Below, piece by piece: positions 28,409-38,760 of a DNA stretch of 64,000 nucleotides. The stretch is taken from IMG/VR virus record IMGVR_UViG_3300014205_000174. One strand, 5' to 3'. Each line of letters opens with the position of its first letter. Position 1 is the first letter of the stretch. This DNA comes from a virus. Taxonomy: Duplodnaviria > Caudoviricetes. Below the pieces are notes generated by a model. The model had not been told where the DNA came from and did no database searches. It saw only the letters and a list, made by a program, of their open reading frames with translations. A program made the translations under genes and the position numbers.

Positions 28409-31400
28409 ATGACCACAACTATACGTACATATACCATAGCGGATTATCATAGCAACAACAGCGGACAACATTATGGTTGTTTTGATGTTGAATTGTCGTG
28501 GGATAAGAACGAGAAGTGGTGTGTGCGTGCCGGTGGGGACTTGGATAAGTATGCTCCTCTTTATAAAAATACCCATAATAGGTCTATCAAAGACGCTCTG
28601 GCGATATATAAGCGCCAGGTGGCAAAGGCAAAAAAAGATTCGGGTAAAGAAGGTGAAGAGTGGATGACGTCTCGCTATGATGAGTATGTCGAAGCTGATG
28701 CAAAAGATAATGCATCGTTAGCTGAAGGTGGTCAGGTAGGGCCTGCACCAGAGATGACCGAAGACCAGCGCATAGCATCTATTATTATTCAGCAATTGGG
28801 TGGTCGCAACAGGCTGAATATAATGACAGGTGCATATAATTTCTATGCAGTAAAAAAAGGCGTTGCTTTCAGGATTAAAAACCAGAAGGCCAACTATATA
28901 AAAATAGTATTGGAGCCCACCGACCTATATGCCATTGAGATTGGCCGCATCAGGGGCAATACATACAAGATAGTGTATGAACATAGCGGTATTTACAATG
29001 ACCAGTTAAAAGGCATCATTGAGAAGTATACCGGTATGTACCTTTCTTTGAAGGATGGGGGCAGGATAGATGTAAATGACGATGACCATAATCAGGACTT
29101 GGAGCATTTGAAAAAAGAGGCTATTGCCAATGCAAAAAGGTACGGTCGCAATAAGGCATTTGCATATCTTGTTCTTGTAGAAAAAGAATACGATGGGGTA
29201 AAGCCAACCCGTGTGGATATACAGTTAAAATCCGGGTTTGAATTAATGCCGCAATCTTATCGTGATGCTTTTGATATAATTTACGATACATCGGCTGAAA
29301 ATGAAGAAAAAAAATCGGCACCAGCGGCACCATCTTCGTCAGAATCATTTAAGCCAACGGTTGGCCAGGTATTCCACAGTAATTCAAGTGGCAAGGATTT
29401 TGAAATTACCGACATTGATGAAGATGGCTGGATAACTACTTACCAGGTAGGGAAACCACACCAGATTCAGTACATGGATAAATCAAATACACCATCCTTC
29501 CTTATGTACATGAGAAGGGGCGCGTTTGAGTTGATTAATAAAGATGCAACCCCTATCAGCGACAGTGACTACATTTGCCGCATAGGCAGTGAGATAGTAA
29601 TTAAAAAGTTAGAATACGACAGGAATGTGAAAATGAAGCTTATGCAAATAATTCCTTTGAAAGAGGGGGGCATTGAGGCTGGCATGGGTAAATACACGTA
29701 TAAATTTGTTGGTAGTAAGGACAGGGTGAAATACATTACTGAATCTGCATTGAGAGGGATGATATATGCTAATCAAATTGTTTTTATTAAACAATTAGAA
29801 GATGGCGGCCCTGTTGATATGACGGAGCGGGAGTTCCTTGATAAATATTTTGGGGTTAACGTTTTCCCCAAGGAGATTACCGACATGTTTGAAATTGAAA
29901 ATAAATCCTCATCAAATAAAGATAAAGTAGCAGCGTACATTGATGACCTAAAGCAAAGGGGTTTTACGGTAAAAAAGAAATCGTACAGTGATTTTGTTTC
30001 TATCATGGGCGCAAAAAAGAAGATGGCTGCCGGCGGCCCTGTGTCTTCCATGGACGATGAGATTTTAGATTACATCTTCCGTAATTACCCTGACAAGGAG
30101 TTTAATGACAAGGAATTCATTTCCATGATTCACGCTATATTCTCAACTAAAATAGAGAACAGCACTATTTCTGATAAAGACATTCAGGCTGCAATGAACA
30201 GGTCTCTGGTTAGTAAGGCTAAGCAATATAAAACTGAGTTCGGGAAAACCGTGCTCGGGTTTGAGTCTATTAGCGCCAAGGGCTTTGAACAATACCAAGG
30301 CTGTCCGATTATTTATTTCTCTGAGCTGGTAGATATTTCAGATAGCTTTATGACCTGCTCAGGTATCTTATTTGAAGGCGAAATCGTAAATGGCAGCGAA
30401 TGCTTTGATGATTGGTTTGCAAATGAAGAGGACGCATTAGATGTAGCCTATAAGATGGCCAATGATGTACCGGTGTACGAGGGAGGCAATGAGCCGTATG
30501 CTGATGGCGGAGAATTGGAAAGGAAAGCTGCCGCTGTAAGAAAAGCAGTAGAAATTGCAGGAATTGCTAATAGCAACAATATCCGCGCATCTAATCTGAC
30601 ATTGAAGCAGTATTCAGAAAAAATATTTGATGCGACTAAGATTGCATACCCCGTATCTGACCTTGCGCTTGCTTACGAGGCTATGAAGAGTACTGGCTAT
30701 GCGGACGGCGGCCAGGTAACTGGTGCGGCTAAGGTTTTAGTGCAGGGGTATCCGTATTTCCTTAAAAAAATAGACAGCACGCATCTGTACGTGACCAACA
30801 CGGAAAATGCTCCGGGTATGGCCTCTCATGTTGGCCAGTTCAAAGATGCAAAGGGTGACCAGGCTTTCTACAATGATATCAAGGATTGGCTTCAAGGTAA
30901 AATTGATATAGAGGGCCGGGAGTATGCGGATTTCTATGCTGATGGCGGCCAGGTTGATGGTGCCATTAAGGTTAGTATAGAAGGATATCCCTACTACCTT
31001 AAGAAAATAGACGTTACGCACCTGTTTGTATCTAATAACGAGCGCATGGAAGGCACTTGTTATCATATAGGTCAGTTCAGGACGCAAAATGGTGACCAGA
31101 CTTTCTATAATGATATCAAGGACTGGCTTAAAGGTAAAATCGATATAGCAGGAAGGGTATATGAGAAATTTTATGCTGATGGCGGTGAATTAGAAAGAAA
31201 GGCCGCCGCTATAAAAACTGCAATAGAAATAGCTGAAATTGCCAACAAAAATAATATCCGTGCATCGCACCTTACATTGAAACAGTATTCGGAGAAAATA
31301 TTTGATGCGACTAAGATTGCATACCCCATAGCAGACCTTGCGCTTGCTTATGAGGCTATGAAGAGTACGGGGTATAAGAATGGCGGAGAGCTTCCTGCCG

Positions 31401-34400
31401 GGGAATTTAAGAAAGCAGAAAAGGAGACGTTTGAAATATATGACGAAGAAAGTAAATTCGTAAGGGGCGAGAGTTTTTGGTTCGCATATAAAGAGCTTAA
31501 TGACGGGAAAGATATTCTTTGTGTTAGTTACGGTAAGAATCTACCGGATGATTCACTTCCTCCATATAGCTGTTCGGTTGATATTTGCCCACTACAGAAT
31601 ATCCTTAGTTACCAGAATGACGAAATTAAGACATTAGCTGACGCAGTTCGCCAGTTCTGGATAGAAATGATACCAACCGACAGGTTTACTATTTCTTATT
31701 TTAAAACACTGCAAGAAGCAAAGGAGTTTGCTGAAGACAAGATAAATATTAGCGAGGCGGTGGTATTAAGTAAGGAAGTAAAATGGATGAAGCCCGACAG
31801 CCTCGATTATATACTGTTTATACTCAATAATGGCTGGCTTATCAAAGGGGATTGCCAGGGTGGCGATAGTTTGTTGTTTAAGGTATACGAGCCGACTACC
31901 GGGCTTGACCAGCACGAGTCTGTTTCTGAGTTTATAATAGACGAAAAGAATACAATGATGGGCCTGGTTATCTCAAGAAAGAGTATGACAAGGCTTGAAT
32001 CTATTCCGGAAGCCTATAAGTGCATATACTCTGCTCTTCCTGAATTGAAAGAAGTGGGCAATCAAACGCCATTTGGATTATTTGTTGAGCTGAAAGATAT
32101 GTCGCCAGCTATGTTTGATGAGGCGGTAATTAATCAATACATGCTTGGCACAAAAGAGTCGTTAGACGCGAACTTCTGGTCTGATTTGGCTCATTTGTGG
32201 AAGACTAATAATCTTCGTTTTGAAAATAATAAATGGGTAAATACCGGCTTGTGGAGGACGGGTGCTTTTAAGGAAAGTAACACTAATCCTAAGACCGGTC
32301 ATGAGTTAACCGATGTTGATGTAACTGTGATATGTAGTTTAGCAAATAGCTATAACGTCACAGTGGCTGATATCAAAACAAATAATCCTGATTTCACCAC
32401 CTTTGAAATATATAACCAGAGAGGGAATAATTTCAAGGCGGGCGGGCAGATACCGGGACACTTTGCTTCCGGTAAAAATATGGAGGTGTTTGGGTATCAG
32501 ACGCAAAATTTCGATATCAGCAAGGCGCTTTGTAATCTGTTTACAGATATAATAAACAACAGCTCTCATACTGAGCAGTGGTGTATTAAGCATGCTGCCA
32601 TTGAATTTGATGATGTGCTGAGTATGGAGAAATATGTGGTTCGTACCGGTGAGGCTATACCTGGGGGCTTTAAGGAGGCTACAAAAGCTGCGCTTCTCGG
32701 CTGTAAATTATTACAAAAAGGAGGGTATGATGAAGTAGCTTCCACGACCATCATGTCCGACCATCTGCTTGAAATTGCCCGTCGCCTTCCTAAACAATAC
32801 CGTGACGGTGGGGTGGTAAAACAACATATTCTACAGATAGGCAATGATGCCGTTGCCCTTGATGCCCTGATACATGGCGATAGCCAATTGGAAGACTGGG
32901 TACAGTCAAGGATAGCCCGCGCTGCTACAGATATGGGTGATGTGGTTAACTACCTCAACTATGAGCTTGACGGTGACGGCATCGGTGGTGATGGGAAAGA
33001 ACCACATGTGGTCAAGTATATCGACCTTGATGGCTCCGATGACCAGGAGCCGAAAGAAATTATCGTTGAGGCCGTAACGCCGCATGAGGCAAGGGAGATT
33101 GTGCAGGAAGAGCTTGGCGATGACGGTATTGTTACGGGGGCGGTTCTTATCGATGATGATTACAAGGCCCCGGAAGCCGATATCCCGGCGGTAGCGGTAT
33201 CGGAGCCTGCGCCACAGGAAATGATGGCCCGTGGTGGCCTGATTGAAAAGGAAACCGACTATGCACCGTATGTCATAGCAGAAGGCGTTGCCTTTACGCT
33301 GATGGATAAGCATTTTCCAGAAAGCAGAGACCAGCAGGCTGCGGAGTATGCGGAAGAAATGGCTGATTACCTGTATAAAACGGCCCAGAAGCAGTACAAA
33401 GATTCTAATGCAACGTTAAAGCATAGTATAGGCAAGGGGTCAAACATAGGCCGTGACCGTTTTTACGGTATAATGGAGGGCTGGGGTGAGCTGTATATGC
33501 TCAAGCACCCATTCACTCCCGTTAAGGCATCTGCATCCATGGCCCGTGGCGGAATGATTGAGAAGGAGACCGGATATTTCCCGGACGCATTGGCGTCATT
33601 AGTTGCCGATGAAATTGTTGACGATAAATTCCCGGATAGCGACCCAGGGGATGCGACTGCTTATGCCGATGAAATGGCCGAACATCTTGTGACCACTGCG
33701 GAACTAATGTATAAAAACTCTAATTCTTCATTACGCAAGGCTATAGGTAGCGGTTCTGAAGAAGGCAGGGATAAGTTTGCCGCACTCATGAAGGTGTGGG
33801 CGGAGCTTTGGATGGTTGACCACCCGTTCGAGGAAACGGCGCTGGCGTATGCAAAGGGTGGCGAAGTACGCAATCTTAAGTTTGGCCGCGTGATGCATGA
33901 GTTTAAAGAAGGGAAACTAACTGACCGCTGGGGCAACAAGGTTACTGACCGTGGACAGGCCCTGGCTATTGCATATAGCTCTTCGTCTCCCAAGATGAAA
34001 GATGGCGGTGAAGTTAATGGTTGGGTCAAACAAAAGGAATGGCACGGCAATCCTTCATTAGGGTATGAAAGCTGGAAGAAGAATTTCAAAACGCCAGGCG
34101 GAAGAGCAGTGCCTGTTTATCTGTTTGGCAAAGAGGGTAAAGGCAAGAATACTATAATATATACTCAAGATGAGCAAGGTAAAACAATTCCTAGCGGGAA
34201 TACGTTTGATGCGCCCGACTGGAGTTATTGCGTATCTGCTGGGCCTAATAGCGACTATACTCATTCCGGTGGGTTTTATCCTGAGACGCCTTCATTGCAG
34301 GAGGCTATGGATAAAATAGATGCGCTGGATAAAATAAAAAGGTTAATATACGAAAGCGGCGGCACAATCGAGTTGGTGGAAAACACTTACGCTGACGGCA

Positions 34401-35224
34401 CAAGGTCATACAAGCTTGGTGACAAATACAGCGAAGACTTCGATTATGATGGGCTTATGGCCACTGGTTTATCCGCAGATGCAACATGGAGTATTGAAGA
34501 TTTAAAACTCCTGCAAAATAGTTTTACCGATGTAAATTATCATAAGGAGGCAGCATTGGTTGGTTCGGTTATAAAGGCATTGGGAAGAGGAGGGAAGCCT
34601 GCGGCAAAAGCACATATTAAATATCTTCACGAAAAGCTGATAGATAATATTACTGACGGCGCTGACGACCAATTACAGGATGGTGATGAGGTTTACGAAG
34701 TGTCATTGGAAGCTGTCCCAAATCACGACTTTGGCCCGGAAGCTCACGAGAGTTCTGTGCGTATTGCTAAGCATATGGTACCTGCAAAGAGCATAGATGA
34801 CGCTGTGCGCATAGTTCATGCGTTTTGCGTGGACAATGACCTGGGCGGCGGCAATTTTATCAATGCTAAGCTATATGTTGCTGGTGTTGAAATCGGACAT
34901 ATTTCATACAATGGGCGCGTGTGTGGCCTGAATGGTAAGCCTATGGTTTATGAAAAAGGTGGCGTATTGTCAGTAAGCAGTCTTCGTAGTAAAACAAAGG
35001 AGGAGCTTGCCCAGATGTACCAGGATAAGTTTGGACTTCCGGCTCTTCACCAAGATATAGGGACGCTGATTGCGGCATTGCACTTTGAAAAGCGCATAAA
35101 GAACCTGACTGACGCGGAGCGTGAATTTGCTGCCGATATTGAAGAAAAAATTCAGGATGCGGAGGATGCTATTGTGAAAGAGAATGGCGGGACAGTTGGC
35201 AAAACAGACAGCATCGCTACATAA
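28409..35224 (+). CDS. giant modular polyprotein (2271 aa) with at least 17 GG separators; includes a DUF6496-like module
   Basis: YADGG x4, MARGG x2, LAEGG, LKDGG, MAAGG and others; KFGRVMHEFKEGKL..KVTDRGQALAIAYS. Confidence 0.8.
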   Translation: MTTTIRTYTIADYHSNNSGQHYGCFDVELSWDKNEKWCVRAGGDLDKYAPLYKNTHNRSIKDALAIYKRQVAKAKKDSGKEGEEWMTSRYDEYVEADAKDNASLAEGGQVGPAPEMTEDQRIASIIIQQLGGRNRLNIMTGAYNFYAVKKGVAFRIKNQKANYIKIVLEPTDLYAIEIGRIRGNTYKIVYEHSGIYNDQLKGIIEKYTGMYLSLKDGGRIDVNDDDHNQDLEHLKKEAIANAKRYGRNKAFAYLVLVEKEYDGVKPTRVDIQLKSGFELMPQSYRDAFDIIYDTSAENEEKKSAPAAPSSSESFKPTVGQVFHSNSSGKDFEITDIDEDGWITTYQVGKPHQIQYMDKSNTPSFLMYMRRGAFELINKDATPISDSDYICRIGSEIVIKKLEYDRNVKMKLMQIIPLKEGGIEAGMGKYTYKFVGSKDRVKYITESALRGMIYANQIVFIKQLEDGGPVDMTEREFLDKYFGVNVFPKEITDMFEIENKSSSNKDKVAAYIDDLKQRGFTVKKKSYSDFVSIMGAKKKMAAGGPVSSMDDEILDYIFRNYPDKEFNDKEFISMIHAIFSTKIENSTISDKDIQAAMNRSLVSKAKQYKTEFGKTVLGFESISAKGFEQYQGCPIIYFSELVDISDSFMTCSGILFEGEIVNGSECFDDWFANEEDALDVAYKMANDVPVYEGGNEPYADGGELERKAAAVRKAVEIAGIANSNNIRASNLTLKQYSEKIFDATKIAYPVSDLALAYEAMKSTGYADGGQVTGAAKVLVQGYPYFLKKIDSTHLYVTNTENAPGMASHVGQFKDAKGDQAFYNDIKDWLQGKIDIEGREYADFYADGGQVDGAIKVSIEGYPYYLKKIDVTHLFVSNNERMEGTCYHIGQFRTQNGDQTFYNDIKDWLKGKIDIAGRVYEKFYADGGELERKAAAIKTAIEIAEIANKNNIRASHLTLKQYSEKIFDATKIAYPIADLALAYEAMKSTGYKNGGELPAGEFKKAEKETFEIYDEESKFVRGESFWFAYKELNDGKDILCVSYGKNLPDDSLPPYSCSVDICPLQNILSYQNDEIKTLADAVRQFWIEMIPTDRFTISYFKTLQEAKEFAEDKINISEAVVLSKEVKWMKPDSLDYILFILNNGWLIKGDCQGGDSLLFKVYEPTTGLDQHESVSEFIIDEKNTMMGLVISRKSMTRLESIPEAYKCIYSALPELKEVGNQTPFGLFVELKDMSPAMFDEAVINQYMLGTKESLDANFWSDLAHLWKTNNLRFENNKWVNTGLWRTGAFKESNTNPKTGHELTDVDVTVICSLANSYNVTVADIKTNNPDFTTFEIYNQRGNNFKAGGQIPGHFASGKNMEVFGYQTQNFDISKALCNLFTDIINNSSHTEQWCIKHAAIEFDDVLSMEKYVVRTGEAIPGGFKEATKAALLGCKLLQKGGYDEVASTTIMSDHLLEIARRLPKQYRDGGVVKQHILQIGNDAVALDALIHGDSQLEDWVQSRIARAATDMGDVVNYLNYELDGDGIGGDGKEPHVVKYIDLDGSDDQEPKEIIVEAVTPHEAREIVQEELGDDGIVTGAVLIDDDYKAPEADIPAVAVSEPAPQEMMARGGLIEKETDYAPYVIAEGVAFTLMDKHFPESRDQQAAEYAEEMADYLYKTAQKQYKDSNATLKHSIGKGSNIGRDRFYGIMEGWGELYMLKHPFTPVKASASMARGGMIEKETGYFPDALASLVADEIVDDKFPDSDPGDATAYADEMAEHLVTTAELMYKNSNSSLRKAIGSGSEEGRDKFAALMKVWAELWMVDHPFEETALAYAKGGEVRNLKFGRVMHEFKEGKLTDRWGNKVTDRGQALAIAYSSSSPKMKDGGEVNGWVKQKEWHGNPSLGYESWKKNFKTPGGRAVPVYLFGKEGKGKNTIIYTQDEQGKTIPSGNTFDAPDWSYCVSAGPNSDYTHSGGFYPETPSLQEAMDKIDALDKIKRLIYESGGTIELVENTYADGTRSYKLGDKYSEDFDYDGLMATGLSADATWSIEDLKLLQNSFTDVNYHKEAALVGSVIKALGRGGKPAAKAHIKYLHEKLIDNITDGADDQLQDGDEVYEVSLEAVPNHDFGPEAHESSVRIAKHMVPAKSIDDAVRIVHAFCVDNDLGGGNFINAKLYVAGVEIGHISYNGRVCGLNGKPMVYEKGGVLSVSSLRSKTKEELAQMYQDKFGLPALHQDIGTLIAALHFEKRIKNLTDAEREFAADIEEKIQDAEDAIVKENGGTVGKTDSIAT
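30497..31372 (+). repeat. A-B-B-A module duplication (201, 237, 237, 201 nt)
   Basis: Each unit starts at YADGG (30497, 30698, 30935, 31172); the last ends before YKNGG at 31373. Confidence 0.85.
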
Positions 35225-35294
35225 AACCTAACTAAATGTATTTATCTTTACTCAAACAATTGTATTTTTAATTCAAATAGATAAGATTCACAGA

Positions 35295-36635
35295 ATGCCA
35301 CTTTATAAGTCCAGAAAAATACGATTAGAGCCGAACAACAAGCAGCTTACGCTACTCCGTAAGCATGCAGGTTGTGCGCGGTATGCGTATAACTGGGCCA
35401 TTGCAATAAGCGAGCGGATATACGAAGAATATAAAATAACCATCACAGCCATAGACCTAAACAAAATGTTTGTGAAGATGGAGAAGTCGCAGCATAACTG
35501 GCTGTATGAAGTCAGCAAGTGCGCTACACAGCAGGCCATACGCAACTACGAGACAGCGAGAAAGAACTTCCACAGGATACAGAAAGACAGTGGGTACACT
35601 AAGAAGCGTCTGCTAAATAAACGCTCCGAAGACGGAAAGAAAGTATACATCCTTGAGGGTCTGCCGCAGAAAAAGAAAAAAAACAAGAGCCGCGATAGTT
35701 TTTACCTTGAGAATGATGGCGTAAAACCAATACAAACAAAAAAGGGGTATATTAAACTGCCAAAGATAGGTTGGGTGAGAACGTCCGAGGATATTTCACC
35801 GGAAGTGTCATTCCTTAGCTGCACCATAAGTAGGCGTGCTGATGACTGGTACGTAAGCTACAAGTACGAGTTTGAGCCTACGGAGCACAGAAACATAAGA
35901 ACTGTTGGCGTAGACCTTGGCATAAAGACACTAGCTACACTGAGCACCGGTATAACCTTTGATACCCCCAAAAGGTACAAAGAGCTTAATCGCAGACTGC
36001 GCCGCGAGCAGAAAAGCCTGTCTCGTAAGTATGAATCTTGGAAGCTGCACAAAAACGACCAGCGTCCACAGAGCCAAAATTACAAGAAGCAAAAAACCAA
36101 AATAGCAAAGTTGCATAAACGCATTGTAGACCATCGCTTAGATGGCCTGCATAAGCTCACTACCCACCTCACCAAAAACCACAGTGAGATAGTTATTGAG
36201 GATTTGAATATAAAGGGCATGTTGAGCAACCACAATCTGGCCAGAAGTATTGCCAATGGGAGTTTCCGTGAGCTGCGCCGCCAGTTGAAATACAAAGGCG
36301 ACTGGTATGGCTGTAGAATTACCGTAGCTAACAGGTTCTTCCCGAGCAGTAAGATGTGCAGTGTCTGCGAAGCAATCAACAAGACCCTTAAGTTAAAAGA
36401 CCGGGAGTGGGACTGCGAGGGTTGCGGCACCCATCACGACCGTGATAATAATGCATGCCAGACACTGGAGCAGTACCCAACTATGCATGCATATAAATAT
36501 TTGCCGGTTAGCCAAACCGGATATGCGGAGAGTTCCACCGTGAAAGCCTGTGGAGCCGGGAGTTCTGCGAGAGTTTCGCATAGCCTGGCTATTAGTACGA
36601 AGCAGGAAGTAAACACTAAAAACCCGCGTGAGTAG
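35295..36635 (+). CDS. tnpB: TnpB RNA-guided nuclease (IS607/IS605-type), no TnpA
   Basis: N-terminal RLEPNNKQ..HAGCARYAYN; RuvC GVDLGIK, IVIEDL, DRDNNA; Zn finger CSVC/CEGC. Confidence 0.92.
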   Translation: MPLYKSRKIRLEPNNKQLTLLRKHAGCARYAYNWAIAISERIYEEYKITITAIDLNKMFVKMEKSQHNWLYEVSKCATQQAIRNYETARKNFHRIQKDSGYTKKRLLNKRSEDGKKVYILEGLPQKKKKNKSRDSFYLENDGVKPIQTKKGYIKLPKIGWVRTSEDISPEVSFLSCTISRRADDWYVSYKYEFEPTEHRNIRTVGVDLGIKTLATLSTGITFDTPKRYKELNRRLRREQKSLSRKYESWKLHKNDQRPQSQNYKKQKTKIAKLHKRIVDHRLDGLHKLTTHLTKNHSEIVIEDLNIKGMLSNHNLARSIANGSFRELRRQLKYKGDWYGCRITVANRFFPSSKMCSVCEAINKTLKLKDREWDCEGCGTHHDRDNNACQTLEQYPTMHAYKYLPVSQTGYAESSTVKACGAGSSARVSHSLAISTKQEVNTKNPRE

Positions 36636-36657
36636 GTTTAGGTAAGTTTTACAGAAC

Positions 36658-36797
36658 GGCAAGAAAGCAATACTTGTTGCTTCAGGCTTATTGTTCGGGG
36701 CCATAGGCCTTGTGCTATTACTGATGTGGAGCGTGAATTAGCGGAGCATGTTGAAGGTGAGATTCAGAAATCTGAAGATGCGTGTATAGGCAGTTGA
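36658..36797 (+). pseudogene. two diverged gene fragments at the TnpB guide position
   Basis: 36658-36720 matches 36886-36948 (20/21 aa, 48/63 nt); 36720-36782 matches 35108-35170 (12/21 aa). Confidence 0.85.
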
Positions 36798-36834
36798 TAA
36801 AAAATATTAGTTACGCAAAACTGAAAAATAATTT

Positions 36835-37023
36835 ATGCAACCAGAACTAATCGAAAAGATAAAAGACATAGACCTTAGTAAGGTAGGCAAAAAAGCAATA
36901 CTTGTCGTTTCTGGGCTGCTCTTTGGCGCGATAGGCCTTGTGCTGCTGAATAAATTCGTAGAGGATAACTTTGATTTCCGAGTGGACAGAATTTCCAACA
37001 AGCCACCAAACGATAAGAAATAA
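36835..37023 (+). CDS. small single-TM protein
   Basis: KKAILVVSGLLFGAIGLVLLNK. Confidence 0.7.
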   Translation: MQPELIEKIKDIDLSKVGKKAILVVSGLLFGAIGLVLLNKFVEDNFDFRVDRISNKPPNDKK

Positions 37024-37065
37024 AACTTAGTTTTTAATTTTATAAACAAACCAAAAACAAACCAC

Positions 37066-37686
37066 ATGTACAAGTACGAACTAAAATTACAAGAAGTGGG
37101 CATGCAGGTTACAGACCTTAGTAAGGGCATGCAGGATAAGATAAAGAAATTCCTTAAGGGGGTTGCCGCCGCTGATAAGATGAGGGAAAGGCTGAAAGGA
37201 AATATTACCCAGGCGACCAGGGAAAGTATTGAAGCGGAGTTGGCTGATATGGACATTGATGCTGGCGATATGAAGCTGGTAAAGGGCATTGAAGACGGTA
37301 TAAAAAATAAAGACAAGTACGATGCCCTTGCTGCTAATTTGCAGAAGAAAAGGCTAGAGAAAGGGATGTCTGGCTCAAAGCCGCCGGCAGCGACACCAAT
37401 ACCTATTCCGCCAGCAACAAATCCAGCACCACAACCAATACCTATTCCGCCAGCAACGAGTCCAGCACCACAACCAACGCCAGCCTCGGTTGCTCCGGCT
37501 CCCGTTGCTCAAGTACCAACCACGCCACCCGCCTCAACTCCTTCTCCTGCTCCGGCAGATAAAGGCAAGGAAGAAGAGGTAGCTAAAGATGGGAGTAGTA
37601 ATGTCAGTGGCTGGGCCTTTGCAGGAATAGTGGTATTGTCGCTACTTGGGCTTGGGGCCTGGGCAAAAAAAACGGGCAGGATATAG
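37066..37686 (+). CDS. helical protein with a Pro-rich linker and C-terminal TM anchor
   Basis: 39-nt tandem duplication at 37395-37472; GWAFAGIVVLSLLGLGAWAKK. Confidence 0.75.
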   Translation: MYKYELKLQEVGMQVTDLSKGMQDKIKKFLKGVAAADKMRERLKGNITQATRESIEAELADMDIDAGDMKLVKGIEDGIKNKDKYDALAANLQKKRLEKGMSGSKPPAATPIPIPPATNPAPQPIPIPPATSPAPQPTPASVAPAPVAQVPTTPPASTPSPAPADKGKEEEVAKDGSSNVSGWAFAGIVVLSLLGLGAWAKKTGRI

Positions 37687-37723
37687 GGCATTGTATTTTT
37701 TAAATCGTAAATTTGATTAAGCA

Positions 37724-37936
37724 ATGAGTTACTTGAAGTATAAAAAAGAAAAGCAGCAGAAAGAGAGTAAAAAACTCGCTACCGTCGGGTTTGTAGTAGG
37801 AGCTGCCTTGGCGCTCGATGATAGCGACAGTAATTACGAAGATGTTGTAGCTGGCGGTGTGGTCGGGGTTTTGGTAGTGGGACTATTCGAATACTTATTC
37901 CCGAAAGCAAGCAGTAAAATTGCGCAAATGATATAA
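37724..37936 (+). CDS. small membrane protein
   Basis: Two Gly-rich hydrophobic segments. Confidence 0.6.
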   Translation: MSYLKYKKEKQQKESKKLATVGFVVGAALALDDSDSNYEDVVAGGVVGVLVVGLFEYLFPKASSKIAQMI

Positions 37937-37938
37937 AC

Positions 37939-38526
37939 ATGGCTAGTAAATACACAGAATCTCTGATAAGAACGTTTGTAAACCAGTACGGTGTGTCTAT
38001 AGCAAGGGCTATAGCACAGACCAACTTGTTTTTTCCTGCGGTTGTAGCCCAACTATCTGTGGAAAGCGCAAATGGTACATCTGGTCTCTCTGTGCGTGCA
38101 AATAATTTCGGTGGGATTAAGGGCAACCAGGATAATGGTATACTTATGGATACCACTGAGACGGATAAGCATATTGCGTCAAGGGCCTATTTTAGGAAAT
38201 ATGCAAACTTCGATGAGTTTATAGACCATTACGTGAGTATTCTGCGAACACCAAGGTATATAAATGGGGGAGTATTTGAAGCCACTTCCCCTGAAGACCA
38301 GATTAAGGCTATGGTTAAAGCTGGATACTCTACCATGACCCCGAACGCATATTTAAAGCAAGGAGTAAAAGACAGAATAGATGCAACCAGGGATATATAT
38401 AAAATCGGAAAAATAGGCAACATATCATCCGCCTATGCTGCTCTAGGGTTCGCCCCGCAACAGGAGGCAAATCCCGGAGCTGCCGCAGTGCCGAACTTTT
38501 TGTGGGATAATATTTTGCGTTTGTAA
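37939..38526 (+). CDS. GH73 glucosaminidase / FlgJ-like peptidoglycan hydrolase
   Basis: AQLSVESANG..NNFGGIKG..FRKYAN..PRY..AGYST. Confidence 0.85.
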   Translation: MASKYTESLIRTFVNQYGVSIARAIAQTNLFFPAVVAQLSVESANGTSGLSVRANNFGGIKGNQDNGILMDTTETDKHIASRAYFRKYANFDEFIDHYVSILRTPRYINGGVFEATSPEDQIKAMVKAGYSTMTPNAYLKQGVKDRIDATRDIYKIGKIGNISSAYAALGFAPQQEANPGAAAVPNFLWDNILRL

Positions 38527-38538
38527 AACTATCATCAA

Positions 38539-38715
38539 ATGAGCGACAACAGAACGAGGAATTTGCATATATTGTTATTTTGTGTAACTTTGGCTGGTGT
38601 AGGCACTGGTATTTACACTATTTATGAGTACCAGCGCGTTAAGAAAATAAATGAAACAGTGGTTACATTGCAGGATGCGGAGCAAATCATCAGGATGAAC
38701 GCTGCTGCAAATTAA
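38539..38715 (+). CDS. small single-TM protein (58 aa, not in the ORF track)
   Basis: MSDNRTRNLHILLFCVTLAGVGTGIYTIY... Confidence 0.6.
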   Translation: MSDNRTRNLHILLFCVTLAGVGTGIYTIYEYQRVKKINETVVTLQDAEQIIRMNAAAN

Positions 38716-38760
38716 GTTTACGACATTACAAAGCTTTATTCATTTTTAATTTCATAAACC

